Shown in pieces: positions 52,540-64,000 of a stretch of DNA of 64,000 bases (position 1 is the stretch's first letter; every line of letters begins with the position of its first letter). The stretch spans positions 2,666,001-2,730,000 of the forward strand of contig NC_043012.1 of the NCBI RefSeq assembly GCF_006345805.1, given 5' to 3'. The position numbers and the translations under genes were made by a program. The notes beneath the pieces were generated by a model that had not been told where the DNA came from, did not search any database, and worked only from the letters and a program-made list of their open reading frames with translations. The stretch comes from Octopus sinensis. Lineage: Eukaryota.

Positions 52540-53470
52540 GGATATGTAAGAGATGATAATAAAAAGAATTGGTAGCAATAAAAAATAGGGAAGATGAAAC
52601 TAAAGAAATAAATAAAATGAGATGGTGGTAAGAGAACTGATAAAAATGTTCAAATAAAAGCACCAATCTGAAGCAAGGTACTGCTAACCTGAATTTAAAG
52701 AGCTCAAAAATCATTTTGTGCATGGAAAACCATGAAAGGAGAGAGGGTCGGGGACTGTGTTTGTTTTTTTTTTTGAAATTCTGCTGTTTTGGTGTGGGTG
52801 GGGGAATAAAGCTTTGTGCAAGAAACTTAGATTGTGTCTGTGAGATATTTAGGAAGTAGTCATGATTTGCTAAATTAGGTAAACCTACATCTGATAGAAA
52901 ATTCTTGGACACATGAACCAAGGAATGGAACACATTTCATAGAAATAGTTGTACAAAACATAAGGGTAAAAACACCTTGCTGATGATAGTGTGATTGGAA
53001 TGATGTAATGCTCTCATCATCAGCCAGATAATGCATTCTACCAAAAAGTGGACAGAACATATTTTCTGTAACCAATGCAAATAATGTGCAATAACACATT
53101 TGGGGACAAAACCGGGCACAGAACTTGTAGGGATACAATAGGGTTTCAAGTGTTAGGAGTTTTTCTGAATAGTACACTGAACATACGATTCTAGCTGCCA
53201 ACCTGGCAGCAGTTGTAATGTAGAAGACTTATTGCAAATAAGGTGTTAATTGAAATCCTATCCAGACAAGGAAATGCTTTAAAAAAAAGTCCTATCAATC
53301 AAAATAGGGATAATTTCAGGAAAGATATTAGGTTGACCTTAGAAGCCTTAAATGTAACCACCCACTTGTCCCTGATTCTCTCTTGCACAATCTCAGATAT
53401 GTAATTGGGAAAATCTGCTACTAGGTCCATAAAGTAGAATCTGCTAGTAGGTTGCATGAAGTAAAATAAA
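52540..53470 (-). mobile_element. Highly decayed CR1/L2-type LINE RT remnant
   Basis: Minus-strand IPTSSVPGF (cf. IPQGSVLGP), HYLADDE (cf. YADD) and FKASKVNL..LKL (cf. KAFDKVNH..LL.KL) in the correct order. Confidence 0.5.
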
Positions 53471-54332
53471 TATCAAACAATACTTTAAAGAAACATACTT
53501 CAGCATCTGGCTGTCATTACTCACTCTCCCATCACACACACAAACACACACTCACACACCATACACATGAGATAAGAACAATTATCATTGGTTAGGGACA
53601 TCAAAATGTGAAATATTTTCTCTGTGAACCCTATCTCTTAAAAACAGTTAGAATCTTTGTTTCAAAGAAATGACACCAAAAAATAACAAAAATAATAGTT
53701 AAAATGGTTAAAAGGCAACAGTGATTTGGCAGTTTTGTTCTCTGGTGGCCCTAACCATGTAGTTAGCTTCCAAAGCTCCAAAATGGCTCAACAATACAAA
53801 TGTTATTTACAGATAAAAATATTGAGTTTGTGATGTTAAATTTCCCTTTTAATTGATTTAATTTTAATTCTTATTTTTTATTGAAACAACTTGAAATTTG
53901 TTTAATCTGATTAGTTTACAGAGATGATTAAATATATTGTATTTTTAATATTCATTTCACTTCATGCCAAATAGCGTTTTCTTTATTTGATTTATTGTTT
54001 CCTCTCTTTCCTTCCCCATTCTCTCTCACTCCCTCTGTTTGCATATGTGTGTGTGTGTGTGCATATGTATGTATATATGTATGTATGTGTGTGTGTGTGT
54101 GTGTATATATATGATAAGTATATGTGTGTGTCCCAAATATAATTTCTTACATGTAAACCTATGATGAATTATGTATTATGCTTCCCTCTAACCCACTTAT
54201 ATTTATTATTATTATTTATTATTATTATTATAATGATTATTTGTATTTAACCTGCAGAAGAATCTTGTCTGACACTAAATTTCATTATATGAGTTCAGAA
54301 GAATTATTGTATATGCTTCCCTCTACCCACTC

Positions 54333-54372
<40 letters not shown>

Positions 54373-54556
54373 GTTATTACCCTGGCAGAAGAATCTTGTC
54401 TGACACTAAATTTCATTATATGAGTTCAGAATTAAATTCATTTGGAGAAAATATATAAAATTTTATTTTGCTTCCTAAATATTATTAAAACAGACATTTT
54501 TAAATGTCTGATTTAAAAAAAAAATTTCTCAAATTCCCTTGTTTAAAGATTCTAAA

Positions 54557-54561
<5 letters not shown>

Positions 54562-54635
<74 letters not shown>
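54562..54635. repeat. Long (TG)n microsatellite
   Basis: About 37 uninterrupted TG units. Confidence 0.95.
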
Positions 54636-54636
<1 letters not shown>

Positions 54637-55169
54637 TTATGGTAAAAACAAAAAGAAAAAAACTGTTACAAAGACGATAAATTTGAAATTGTTTTTCTAA
54701 CTTGTTCTCATGGAAACATCTTTGTTTTATTATTATTATTGTTTGATATTTCCTTTAACATATTAAGTTATTGCTGTTGTTGTTGTTGTTGTTTAGAAGC
54801 AATGGTTGTTCTTGTAATAGCGATGGGAGTGGGGGGGGGGCGGATGTTAAGAAAGTGGATTTCAAAGAAACCATGCTAAAAGTGTTCTCACTTAATATTT
54901 GATATTATTTCAAATGCATATTTGAGACCCTATGTCTGCAATATTGGGTGGTCTACCTTATATTTCAGGAAGAGGAATCAACCAGATTTCAACCCTTCTC
55001 AAAGGACAACAAAGTAAGATATTTTTTATTGTCTGCCAGACACAGATTTTGACCTCTTCAACACCATATATATGTATATATATATATATATGTACACACA
55101 TGCACATACATATATATATATGCATGTGTGTGTATATTCATATTAGTATATGGATATATACATATATAT

Positions 55170-55212
<43 letters not shown>

Positions 55213-56583
55213 CATACATACATTTACTCTGTGTCGCAAAGTATTTCAATCCTTGTTTCATCATTGTCACTGCCAGTTTATTTCTGTCTTAACCATTTTC
55301 TTTTGTCATTTTCCTTTTCTTCATGAACTTATTCCCTGTTGTTGTTTTTCATTTCACTGTCGTATCTCCATTGTCATTAGTATCCATTCTTTGACCATTG
55401 TGAAAGACACCCTTTGTCTCAGCAACAACTACATTCTTGCCTTATCCTTTACGCAGTTGCCTGCCTTGGTTTTGTTTGCATTCTTAAACATGGACATCGT
55501 ATTTGACCACCAACATTTGATGTTGTATTATTGAAAAATTGGCTATTTATTTAAATTTGTGTTGATGTTGTCATTTTTTGTTCCTATTATGATTGTTGGT
55601 ATTTCTTACATTTTTGGGGGAAAGCAAGAATGTCACATCTTAAAAGAAATCTTAAGCTTTCTATCCATGTCTAAGAAGAAATTATTCCCATTGTTTGATT
55701 GTTTCCATTTTAGAAGGAACAGAAATTTCATATTAAACATAGGCATGGCTGTGTGGTTAAGAACCACATGGTTTCAGGTTCAGTCCCACTGCATAGCACC
55801 TTGGGCATGTTGTCTACCACAGTCTCAGGCTTACCAATGCTTTCTGAGTGAATGTGGTATATGGAAGCTGTGTGGAAGCTTGGCATGTATAAATGTGTGT
55901 TTGTGTGTATGTATGTAGATATGTGTGTATGTATGTAGGTATGTATGCATGTATGTGTATATATGTTTTGTCTCTATGTTTTTGTGTTAATGTTTGTCCC
56001 ACAACCATCATCACCACTACTTCAGAGCTGGTGTTAGTTTGTTTACGTCCCTGTAACCTGGTAATAAACAATCCGTAAAGAGACTAGTAGAATAAGTATT
56101 GCGATCAATTTGTTTGACTGACCCTATAAGAAGGTGCTCCAGCATGGCTGCAGTGCAATGACTTGAATCAAGTAAAGGTGTGTGTATACACTCACAAAGG
56201 AGAGAGAGAGAGTACTGTGACACTCTGACATTTCCTCATATCTTAGTCAGCTTAAGCTTTGACCTTATTTGGTCATGTTTCATGCTGTTCCACGTCATCT
56301 TGTCCAATGACAATAGCAGTTTCTGCACATCGAGTAATTAACTGATTCATGAATCATGAAAACATTTCTTCTTCAAAAGTTTATCAGATTTTGTTCTGGA
56401 ACAGCCAGAATAATTTATTGTGAGATAAATGATGCACGTGTACATGCATGTGTGTGTGTGTGTGTTGTGTGTGTGTGTGTGTGTGCATGTTTGGAAGGGA
56501 TGGAGGAAGAGAGAGAGGCAGATAAGCCAATTTAGATTCAATTTGGTTTATTATTTATGATTAGCATTCGCATATTTAATATA

Positions 56584-56972
56584 GGCATAGGAGTGGCTGT
56601 GTGGTAAGTAGCTTGCTTACCAACCACATGGTTTAGGGTTCAGTCCCACTGCATGGCACCTTGGGCAAGTGCCTTCTACTATAACCTCGGGCCGACCAAA
56701 GCCTTGTGAGTGGATTTGGTAGACGGAAACTGAAAGAAGCCCGTTGTATATATGTGTGTGTGTGTGTATTTTTGTGTGTCTGTGTTTGTCCCCCAACATC
56801 GCTTGACAACCGATGCTGGTGTGTTTACATCCCCGTAACTTAGCAGTTTGGCAAAAGGGACTGATAGAATAATTACTAGGCTTACAAAGAATAAGTCCTG
56901 GGGTCGATTTGCACGACTAAAGGCAGTGCTCCAGCATGGCCAGAGTCAAATGTCTGAGACAAGTAAAAGATA
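56584..56972 (+). mobile_element. SINE family A copy
   Basis: Complete head, (TA)(TG) core and tail. Confidence 0.88.
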
Positions 56973-57029
56973 TAGGAAGTGTTAAAAAATTAACTTGAAA
57001 TAATTACGTGATGAGGCAAAACCAATATA

Positions 57030-57310
57030 AGGCATGTCTGTTCGGTTAAGAAGCTTGCTTCCTCACCATGTGGGTCCATGTTCAGTCCCACTGCATGACA
57101 CCTTGGGCAAGTGCCTTCTGCTTCTTACCCCAGGTCAAACAAAGCCTTCTCAGTGAATTTGGTAGATGGAAACTGAAAGAAGCCTAGGGCATCCAGCCAA
57201 AGGGGTCATACCAGAACAGACAGTTGGAGCCTGAACAGCTCTCCAGTTGGTCAGCCCTTGTCAAACAGTCCAACCCATGCCAGCATCGAAAAACAACAAT
57301 AAACAATGGT
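57030..57310 (+). mobile_element. Chimeric SINE: family A head fused to family C tail
   Basis: Junction GAAAGAAGCC|TAGGGCATCCAGCC at ~57184. Confidence 0.7.
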
Positions 57311-57397
57311 ATTCGATGTTCCCCTATATTCAGAATGTTAAAACTGACTTAATTTTTGTTTTTCATGTGGATAGCAACTCATGATTTTTGTTTTTTT

Positions 57398-57438
<41 letters not shown>

Positions 57439-57461
57439 TATATATATAAATGTATATATAG

Positions 57462-57845
57462 ACGCAGGCGTGGCTGTTGGTAAGAAGCTTGCTTCCCAAC
57501 CACATGTTTCTGGGTTCAGTCCCACTGCATAGCACCTTGGGTGGGTGTTTTCTACTATAACCTCAGGCTGATCAAAGCCTTGAGAGTGGATTTGGTAGAT
57601 GGAAATTGAAAGAAGCCTGTCGTATATATATATACATATGTGTGTGTTTATATATATATGTAGTTATGTGTGTGTGTTTGTTCCCCACCATCGCTTAACA
57701 ACTGATGTTGGTTTGTTTACATCCCTGTAACTTGATGATTTGGCAAAAGTGACCAATAGAATAAGTACAAGGCTTACAAAGAATAAGTCCTGGGGTCGAT
57801 TTCTTTGACTAAAAAACCTTTTAAGGTGGTGCTCCAGCCTGGCCG
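57462..57845 (+). mobile_element. SINE family A copy, 3' truncated
   Basis: Homology to 56584-56972. Confidence 0.85.
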
Positions 57846-58259
57846 CATATATATATGTATATATATGGGTGTGTGAATGTGTAGTTGGCTAATGGCAGTA
57901 GCAGGGGTTTGCCACCAGGTGACTGTAGATCAGGAGGTATGGACCTTGGAAGTGGGGGATGCTAACTGGACACAAGTTGGGACTTGATTCACCTTGGCTG
58001 AGTCACTTAGGTGAGGCTGTCACCAAAAACACCCAATAACCCCAGCAAACATTACTGATGATGTGTCAGGGTTCATCATACAATGACGTATGAAAGACGT
58101 TTGTGTGGTGTGTTGATTTTGTGGTAAGACTTGGTGTTCAATGCACTCTTATGCTAGAAATGTGTAAGTTTATGTAAGGTAAATATTCTATATATTTATA
58201 TATGTCAACAGCAATTATAATAAGGATTATTACTAATTGGTGTAGCATTGCCTTTCATT

Positions 58260-58311
<52 letters not shown>

Positions 58312-59309
58312 ATACACCTGAGAGCAACCAGTAAATGTTTGGAGTAATCCCTTACTATTTGCAAATATATTTATATATGTGTCTGTTTTATAAATGTATG
58401 TATGTGTATATATAGATGTGTGCGTGTATATATATGTGTGTGCATTCGTGTGTGTGTATATATGTGTGTGTTCAGTTGGTCTTTGTATCCACTGTATACA
58501 TCAGCAAATTGAGAAGTGATTGTGTGTGTGTGTGTGTGTTGTAATACATTAAACAAACTTAATGATCTTTATGAAAAAGACTTCAATATTTTGGCTTTTA
58601 CAACTTTAGCACTGTGCTGTAGACATTAAATGAATTTTGCAAATAATACAGGGTTACCTCAGCCCTTTTGCACAATTTGTACCTAGTTCCAAATATCTGC
58701 TTTCTACTAATTTCTTTTTTTTTTTTTTTTTTTGGCATAATCATTTAATTTCAAAAAAATATGTAAATAAAGAAATAATTAATAATCACATAAATTAATC
58801 ATCAATACCCACTTCCTTCGTGTGTTTTGTTAATAGTCTCAATCTTTCTGTTTGTTTCTTCTCATATTTGTGGTTGTGGTACATAACTGGGCAGTTCTGG
58901 ACCCTTTGAACTCTTGTTGTTGTTGTTGTTGGTTCCAGTGAATTGTTACAGTGAAATTCCTCAATCAGTTTCACTCTACACCATTCTAATCATTCATATA
59001 CATAAACAGGTCCCCTCCTCTCTTCCCCCCCCTTTTTTGTTGTTGTTGTCCTGATGGGATTATCGACCAGTTGAGGTCCTTATTTCTGTTTTGCTCGCTT
59101 GTTTCGTGTTGTTAGCATTTCTGTTGTTGCCATCATTGTTGTTGTTGTTGCCGTTGTTTGTTTTATCAGATACCCCTGTTTTAGTTGTTCCATATTGACA
59201 TTGTTGTTCTGTAAAATATCAATGTTATGTTGTATTTCTTCTTAAATGAAACACTTAACACATGAAGACTGAACTTGCCTATAACCATTTGTTGTTGTTG
59301 TTATTGTAA

Positions 59310-60190
59310 AGGTGGGGAAAGTGGCAGAACCATTTGAGCACCAGACAAAATGCTCAGTGGCAGTTCTTCTGCCTCTCTTTGTTCTGAGTGTGAATACAGC
59401 TGGGGTCAGCTTTGCCCTTCATCTTTCAGCGTTGATGAAATAAAGTACTATCCAAGTCCTGGGGTCAATGTAATCAATTAAGCCCCTCTCCCTAAAATTT
59501 CAGGCCTCATACCTATTGTAGAAATTATTATTATTATTATTAAGGCGGCAAGCTGGCAGAATCGTTAGCACGTCAGACAAAATGTGGTATTTTGTTCGTC
59601 CTTACATTCTGAGTTCAAATTCCACCGAGGTTGGCTATGCCTTTCATCCTTTTGGGGTCAATAAATTAAATACCAGTGAAACACTGGGGTCAATATAAAC
59701 GACTAGTGCCCTCCCGCAAAATTTCAAGCCTTGTGCCTTTCATAGAAAGAATTGTTATTATTACAGTTATTCTTTTCTACTTCAGGCACAAGGCCTGAAA
59801 TTTTGAGGGAGGTGGGAGCCAGTCGATTAGATCGACCCCAGTACACAACTGGTACTTAATTTACCGACCCCAAGGGATGAAACGCAAATTCGACTTTGGC
59901 AGAATTTGAACTCAGAACGTAAAGACGGATGAAATACCACTAAGCATTTCGCCTGGCAGAATCGTTAGCATACCAGATAAAATGTTTAGCAACATTTCAT
60001 CTGTCTTTACATTCTGAGTTCAAATTCTGCCGAGGTTGACTTTGCCTTTCATTGCTTTGGGGTCGATAAATTAAGTACCAGTTATGCACTTTTGGGTCGA
60101 TGTAATCGACTTAATCTTTTCCCCAAAATTTGAGGCCTTGTGCTTCCACTAGGAAGCATTATTATTATTATTATTAGTAGTAGTAGTAGT
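59310..60190. mobile_element. Cluster of four family B SINEs (+,+,-,+)
   Basis: TGGCAGAA(T/C)C(G/A)TT heads at ~59322, ~59553 and ~59954, plus an inverted copy at ~59770-59955. GTTCAAATTC B-box. (ATT)n tails. Confidence 0.85.
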
Positions 60191-60659
60191 AGTAGTATTA
60201 TTATAAGGTAGAGAATTGGCAGAATTGATAGAATAGCAGGCAAAAAAAAAAAGCATTTAAACCTGCGATAACTCCCCAAAATATTCTACTTGTTTTATGT
60301 TCAGCCTGGATAGATCCAGACTATCAGACCTACCCTACAATGTCACTTTAAAAATAAACAATCACATCATAGAAATCTTGAAGCCATGAGGCTATAAACA
60401 TGATAAATTCAGAATTATGTAAATACATAAGCATTGCATTTCAAAGAGCAATCTGAATGCTAAAGGGTTCACATCTTACTACCTTCAAATAATACCATTC
60501 CAGCTTAAAAATGATTTGGTGCAGGTAGTTATTCACTCATCATCTTGGCAATGGGGATTGATGGCATAATGGTTAGTGTTACAGTTATATATTGGTTTGG
60601 TGATATAAGTATGGCAATACAGTTGTATGTTGATGCAGTGATGAAGCGAAAGCTTTATT

Positions 60660-61026
60660 AACAAGAAAGAAAATAATAATAGCGCTCAGAGAGCGCAAAC
60701 TTCTACCAAGGCAACATCAATGTTCTCTCAACGATTAGCCAGAAATGATTTTTAAAATGAGAATACCTGAAACAAACTCGACTGCTCTCGCAAATGAGAA
60801 TACTAAAAATGAACCTGACTGCTGTCAGAAATTAAGTAAAAAAAACCAAAAATATTCCAGTACCCAATCAGTCCCAAAACCTAATCAGTTCATGCCAGTC
60901 ATGGGGCCAAACATCCCTGAACATTTCATCCAAATCCATCCAGCAGTTCTTGAGATATCTTGTCCATGGACAAACAAACAAACGCAACTGAAAACAATAC
61001 CTCCACCTTCATTAAGGCAGAGGTAA
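60660..61026 (+). mobile_element. Non-autonomous element with terminal hairpins and (ACAA)n, resembling mollusc pearl/HINE (Helentron-associated) elements
   Basis: 5' hairpin GCGCTC-AGA-GAGCGC (60682-96), (ACAA)n at 60970-83, 3' palindrome TACCTC...GAGGTA (60998-61025). Confidence 0.55.
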
Positions 61027-61413
61027 TAATAATAATAATAAATATTGTCTATGTAAGCCCCAAAACATTTTAATCTGTAAATATTGTCAAAAGTATTTTT
61101 AGATGTACATAATAGCTGACACCTTTTACTGTCACCTCTTAACATCACACTATCATCTTATAATCAAATTACTTTTAAAACAAACTTCTAATTTTCATAT
61201 GTTTTGACAGACATTCTCTAGAACAATACCTTGTGCAAAACCAAAAATGTGGCACCCTAGTCATAACACCAACTTGAACTTCTAACTTGTTGTCTCCTAA
61301 GGTCTCTGGGTGAGACTTGGAGTCAACTTGTACAAATACAAAGCAAAAGCTAAACATAAGAAAAAAAAAATAATAATAATAAAAATGTTCTTGTTAGTAA
61401 AACTTTTATAAAA

Positions 61414-61446
<33 letters not shown>

Positions 61447-61652
61447 TAATATAATATAATAGTGTGTGATTTTTCTCAAATAATAGTTGAAATTGTGTTA
61501 CATGCTGCTGGCCTCTCACTGAAGTCAATGGTTCAACATTGTTCTTTCTTTTTGATAAAGAATGGTTATTAGTATGTTTAATTGTCAGAACCTTGCCCCA
61601 GTCATCACACATACACAAGTAGTAGGGCGGATCTGTATGAAATATTAGTTTG

Positions 61653-61873
61653 TATGAGGTGGGTGCTGAAAAGTTCCTGGTTTGGGCTAAAAGAAAACAC
61701 AGGAGGATCAGTTAGTTCTGATTTTATCCAGCCTATTCTTCTCTCTGATTCACACACTTATTGCAGTGGTTCTTCAGTTTTTCTAAGCTCTGTAAAAGAA
61801 TTTGGAAGGTTGGTCCTCCAACCAGGCCTTTCTCGATACCCTTAAAGCCAGGAACTTTTCAGCACTTCTCATA
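61653..61873. mobile_element. Tc1/mariner-type MITE
   Basis: TIRs TA-TGAGG.GGGTGCTGAAAAGTTCCTGG / CCAGGAACTTTTCAGCACTTCTCA-TA with TA flanks. Confidence 0.75.
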
Positions 61874-61934
61874 TGTTTAATTGTCTTGACTGTACATGCG
61901 TGCACACACACACACACACACATAATATATATAT

Positions 61935-62185
61935 ATTTGCCAGTCTCGCCTGGCCCCCGTGCCGGTGGCACGTAAAAAGCACCATCCGATCGTGGTTGTT
62001 TGCCAGCCTCGTCTGGCACCTAAAAAGCACCCACTACACTCATGGAGTGGTTGACGTTAGGAAGGGCATCTAGCCGTAGAAACATTGCCAGATCAGACTG
62101 GGCCTGGTGCAGCCTTCTAACTTCCCAGACCCGTTGAACCGTCCAACCCATGCTAGCATGGAAAGCAGACGCTAAACGATGATGA

Positions 62186-62190
<5 letters not shown>
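61935..62190 (+). mobile_element. SINE family C copy
   Basis: Module at 61959, a second deleted module, (GAT)n tail running into (TA)n. Confidence 0.82.
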
Positions 62191-62231
<41 letters not shown>

Positions 62232-62361
62232 TAAATACCTGAATCAGGTTTTACCAAATAAAAAATGAAAAAATGAAGCAAAAAAAAAAAAAAAAAAAAA
62301 AGATGGTGATTCTTTCCCCACCTTTCAATAAATGTCTAAGTCTAATTCTCTCTCACTACTG

Positions 62362-62393
<32 letters not shown>

Positions 62394-62572
62394 AGCACGT
62401 CCAAAAAGGTTTTTGGCCTATTAATTACTAGTATGACTTTATGAAATGAAATACCAATTCCAAAATAAAGTACATTGATTGGAGTCAGAGCAATTGGACT
62501 GTTCTCCACTCCCAAAATTTGTGGCCTCGTGTCTGTGTTATAAATAATTACTGCTACACCATCAAATACTGT

Positions 62573-62790
62573 TTAAACCCTTTAGCATTCGGATTGTTCT
62601 GCCAAACGTAAAGCTTATTTATTCACACTGTTTTGAATTAATCATAGCTTCAAGATTTCAATCATGTGATTGTTGATTTTTAGAATGACACAGTAAGGTT
62701 TGGTGTGAGAGGCTGGATCTGGCCACCCTGAATGTAAACAGATGGAATATTTAAGCTGGATATATATAATTGGTGTGAATGCTAAAGGCA
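62573..62790. mobile_element. piggyBac-like MITE, second family
   Basis: CCCTTTAGCATTC...GAATGCTAAAGG inverted ends. A related opposite-orientation copy at ~60256-60471 ends GAATGCTAAAGGGTT. Confidence 0.6.
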
Positions 62791-63787
62791 TTGAATTCTC
62801 CTTCATTTCATCTCTTCTGTCTCTCCCCTACCCATGTGTCTTTCTCCCTCTGTATTGCTCTTTCTCTCTCTCTCTCTCTCTCTCCTTCTCTCCACTTAGC
62901 AATGTAACTTACTCTCTCTCTCTCCACATATCTATCTATCTAACTCACTCTCTGTCTCTTTCTCTCTCACTCTGTCTCTTTCTCTCTCTCTCTCTCTCTC
63001 ACTCTCTGTCTCTTACTCTCTCTCTCTCTCACTCTCTGTCTCTCTCTCTTCATATACCTGTGTAATCACTTTCTATCTCTCTCTCCACATATCCATATAA
63101 CTTTCTCTCTCTCCACTTATCTATGTAACTTTCTCTCACTATCTCACTCTCTCTCTCTCATGTATATAACTCACTCTCTCTTTCTCTGCTTTTATTTGCC
63201 TCTAACTCTATCCACCTCCAATCTGTTTCTCTCTTTTCTCATTTTTTTTTTTAATAATATCGTCACATGTGTGTCTGAATATTATCATATCATCACTTTA
63301 TAGAAGTGACAGAACCAATGGCCACCACACTGGTTGATAGGTGCATTGGTCATGAGTTCATATTCTATTGCAGGTACTGATTTGGATTGCATCCCATGGG
63401 CCAAATATTTAGCCCCATTTCATTAAGGCAACACCTTTAAAGAAATCATTAATTAATGAATTTATAATCAAAAATATTTTCTTTTGTTGTTTTCTTTTGT
63501 TAATTTTGTCCACTGTGAAGATCCTTTAACTGAGTTCCATTAATTACCGTAGGAAGGAATGCTCTTCACTTGGGTCTATAAACCTCATGTATATGTTGCT
63601 ATTAATCTATTTATAACCATTGACATACATCTCTCACCCTCGCTCTAAACATTTCTTCATCTCCATCTCTCTCTCACTGTCTGTCTTTTTGTCTCTCTCT
63701 CTCTCTCAACTATTTTTTTAGGCATTCTCTCTCTCTCTTCCTCTCTCTCCCTATGTCTATATCTGTCTCTCCCTTTTATTCCTACAG

Positions 63788-63884
63788 AAGCTGGTCGAAA
63801 CGAGGGTGAACTCATGCAGGAATGGTTCAATCTTGTACACGAGAAGAACGTTTTACTTCGTTATGAATCTGAACTTATGGTGCA
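63788..63884 (+). CDS. MICAL: MICAL bMERB domain, second part: EAGRNEGELMQEWFNLVHEKNVLLRYESELMVQ
   Basis: ttttattcctacAG acceptor and CA|GTAAGT donor. The phase-1 start joins exon 20969-21146. LMQEWFxLVxEKNxxxRYESELM is the MICAL bMERB signature. Too short for the ORF track. Confidence 0.95.
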
Positions 63885-64000
63885 GTAAGTGTCTTTTACT
63901 TCATTCTGCTGTCATTGTCATCACATTAGTTGTCAACACTGTTATTATTATTTATTCTTTTTAACCCAGGTTTTGTTCAAACTTTTGGAGTCTTGCATGC

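Noticed and set aside
56584-56660. tRNA-like A/B boxes
   Set aside because: SINE heads; I could not fold a cloverleaf, so they are not called as tRNA genes.
58045-58105. CTGATGA...stem...GAAA hammerhead-like remnant
   Set aside because: Extra base before GAAA, no valid stem III/NUH, and stem I out of register. At best a dead relic.

Overview
AT-rich (visibly), microsatellite- and SINE-dense eukaryotic DNA. The repeat landscape looks like an Octopus/coleoid cephalopod genome; this is inferred from pattern recognition, not a database search. The window lies inside one + strand gene, a MICAL-family (MICAL3/Drosophila Mical-like) gene. Seven coding exons can be joined in frame with GT-AG boundaries (3680-3873, 4566-4835, 12794-12974, 14068-17666, 20743-20807, 20969-21146, 63788-63884). 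They encode the acidic/Pro-rich middle region and the start of the C-terminal bMERB coiled coil, which a 42.6-kb intron splits. The introns hold several tRNA-headed SINE families, decayed RTE and CR1/L2-type LINEs, MITEs, a non-autonomous Helitron, minisatellites and tandem duplications. Most other ORFs in the track are microsatellite or antisense artefacts. The main discovery is at 18777-19574: a ~99% identical 280-bp inverted repeat carrying a complete type I hammerhead-ribozyme fold on each strand. The two halves are circularly permuted pieces of one ~487-nt monomer, as expected for a Penelope pseudo-LTR or retrozyme. A second, minimal dimer-type hammerhead lies at 7921-7963 on the minus strand.
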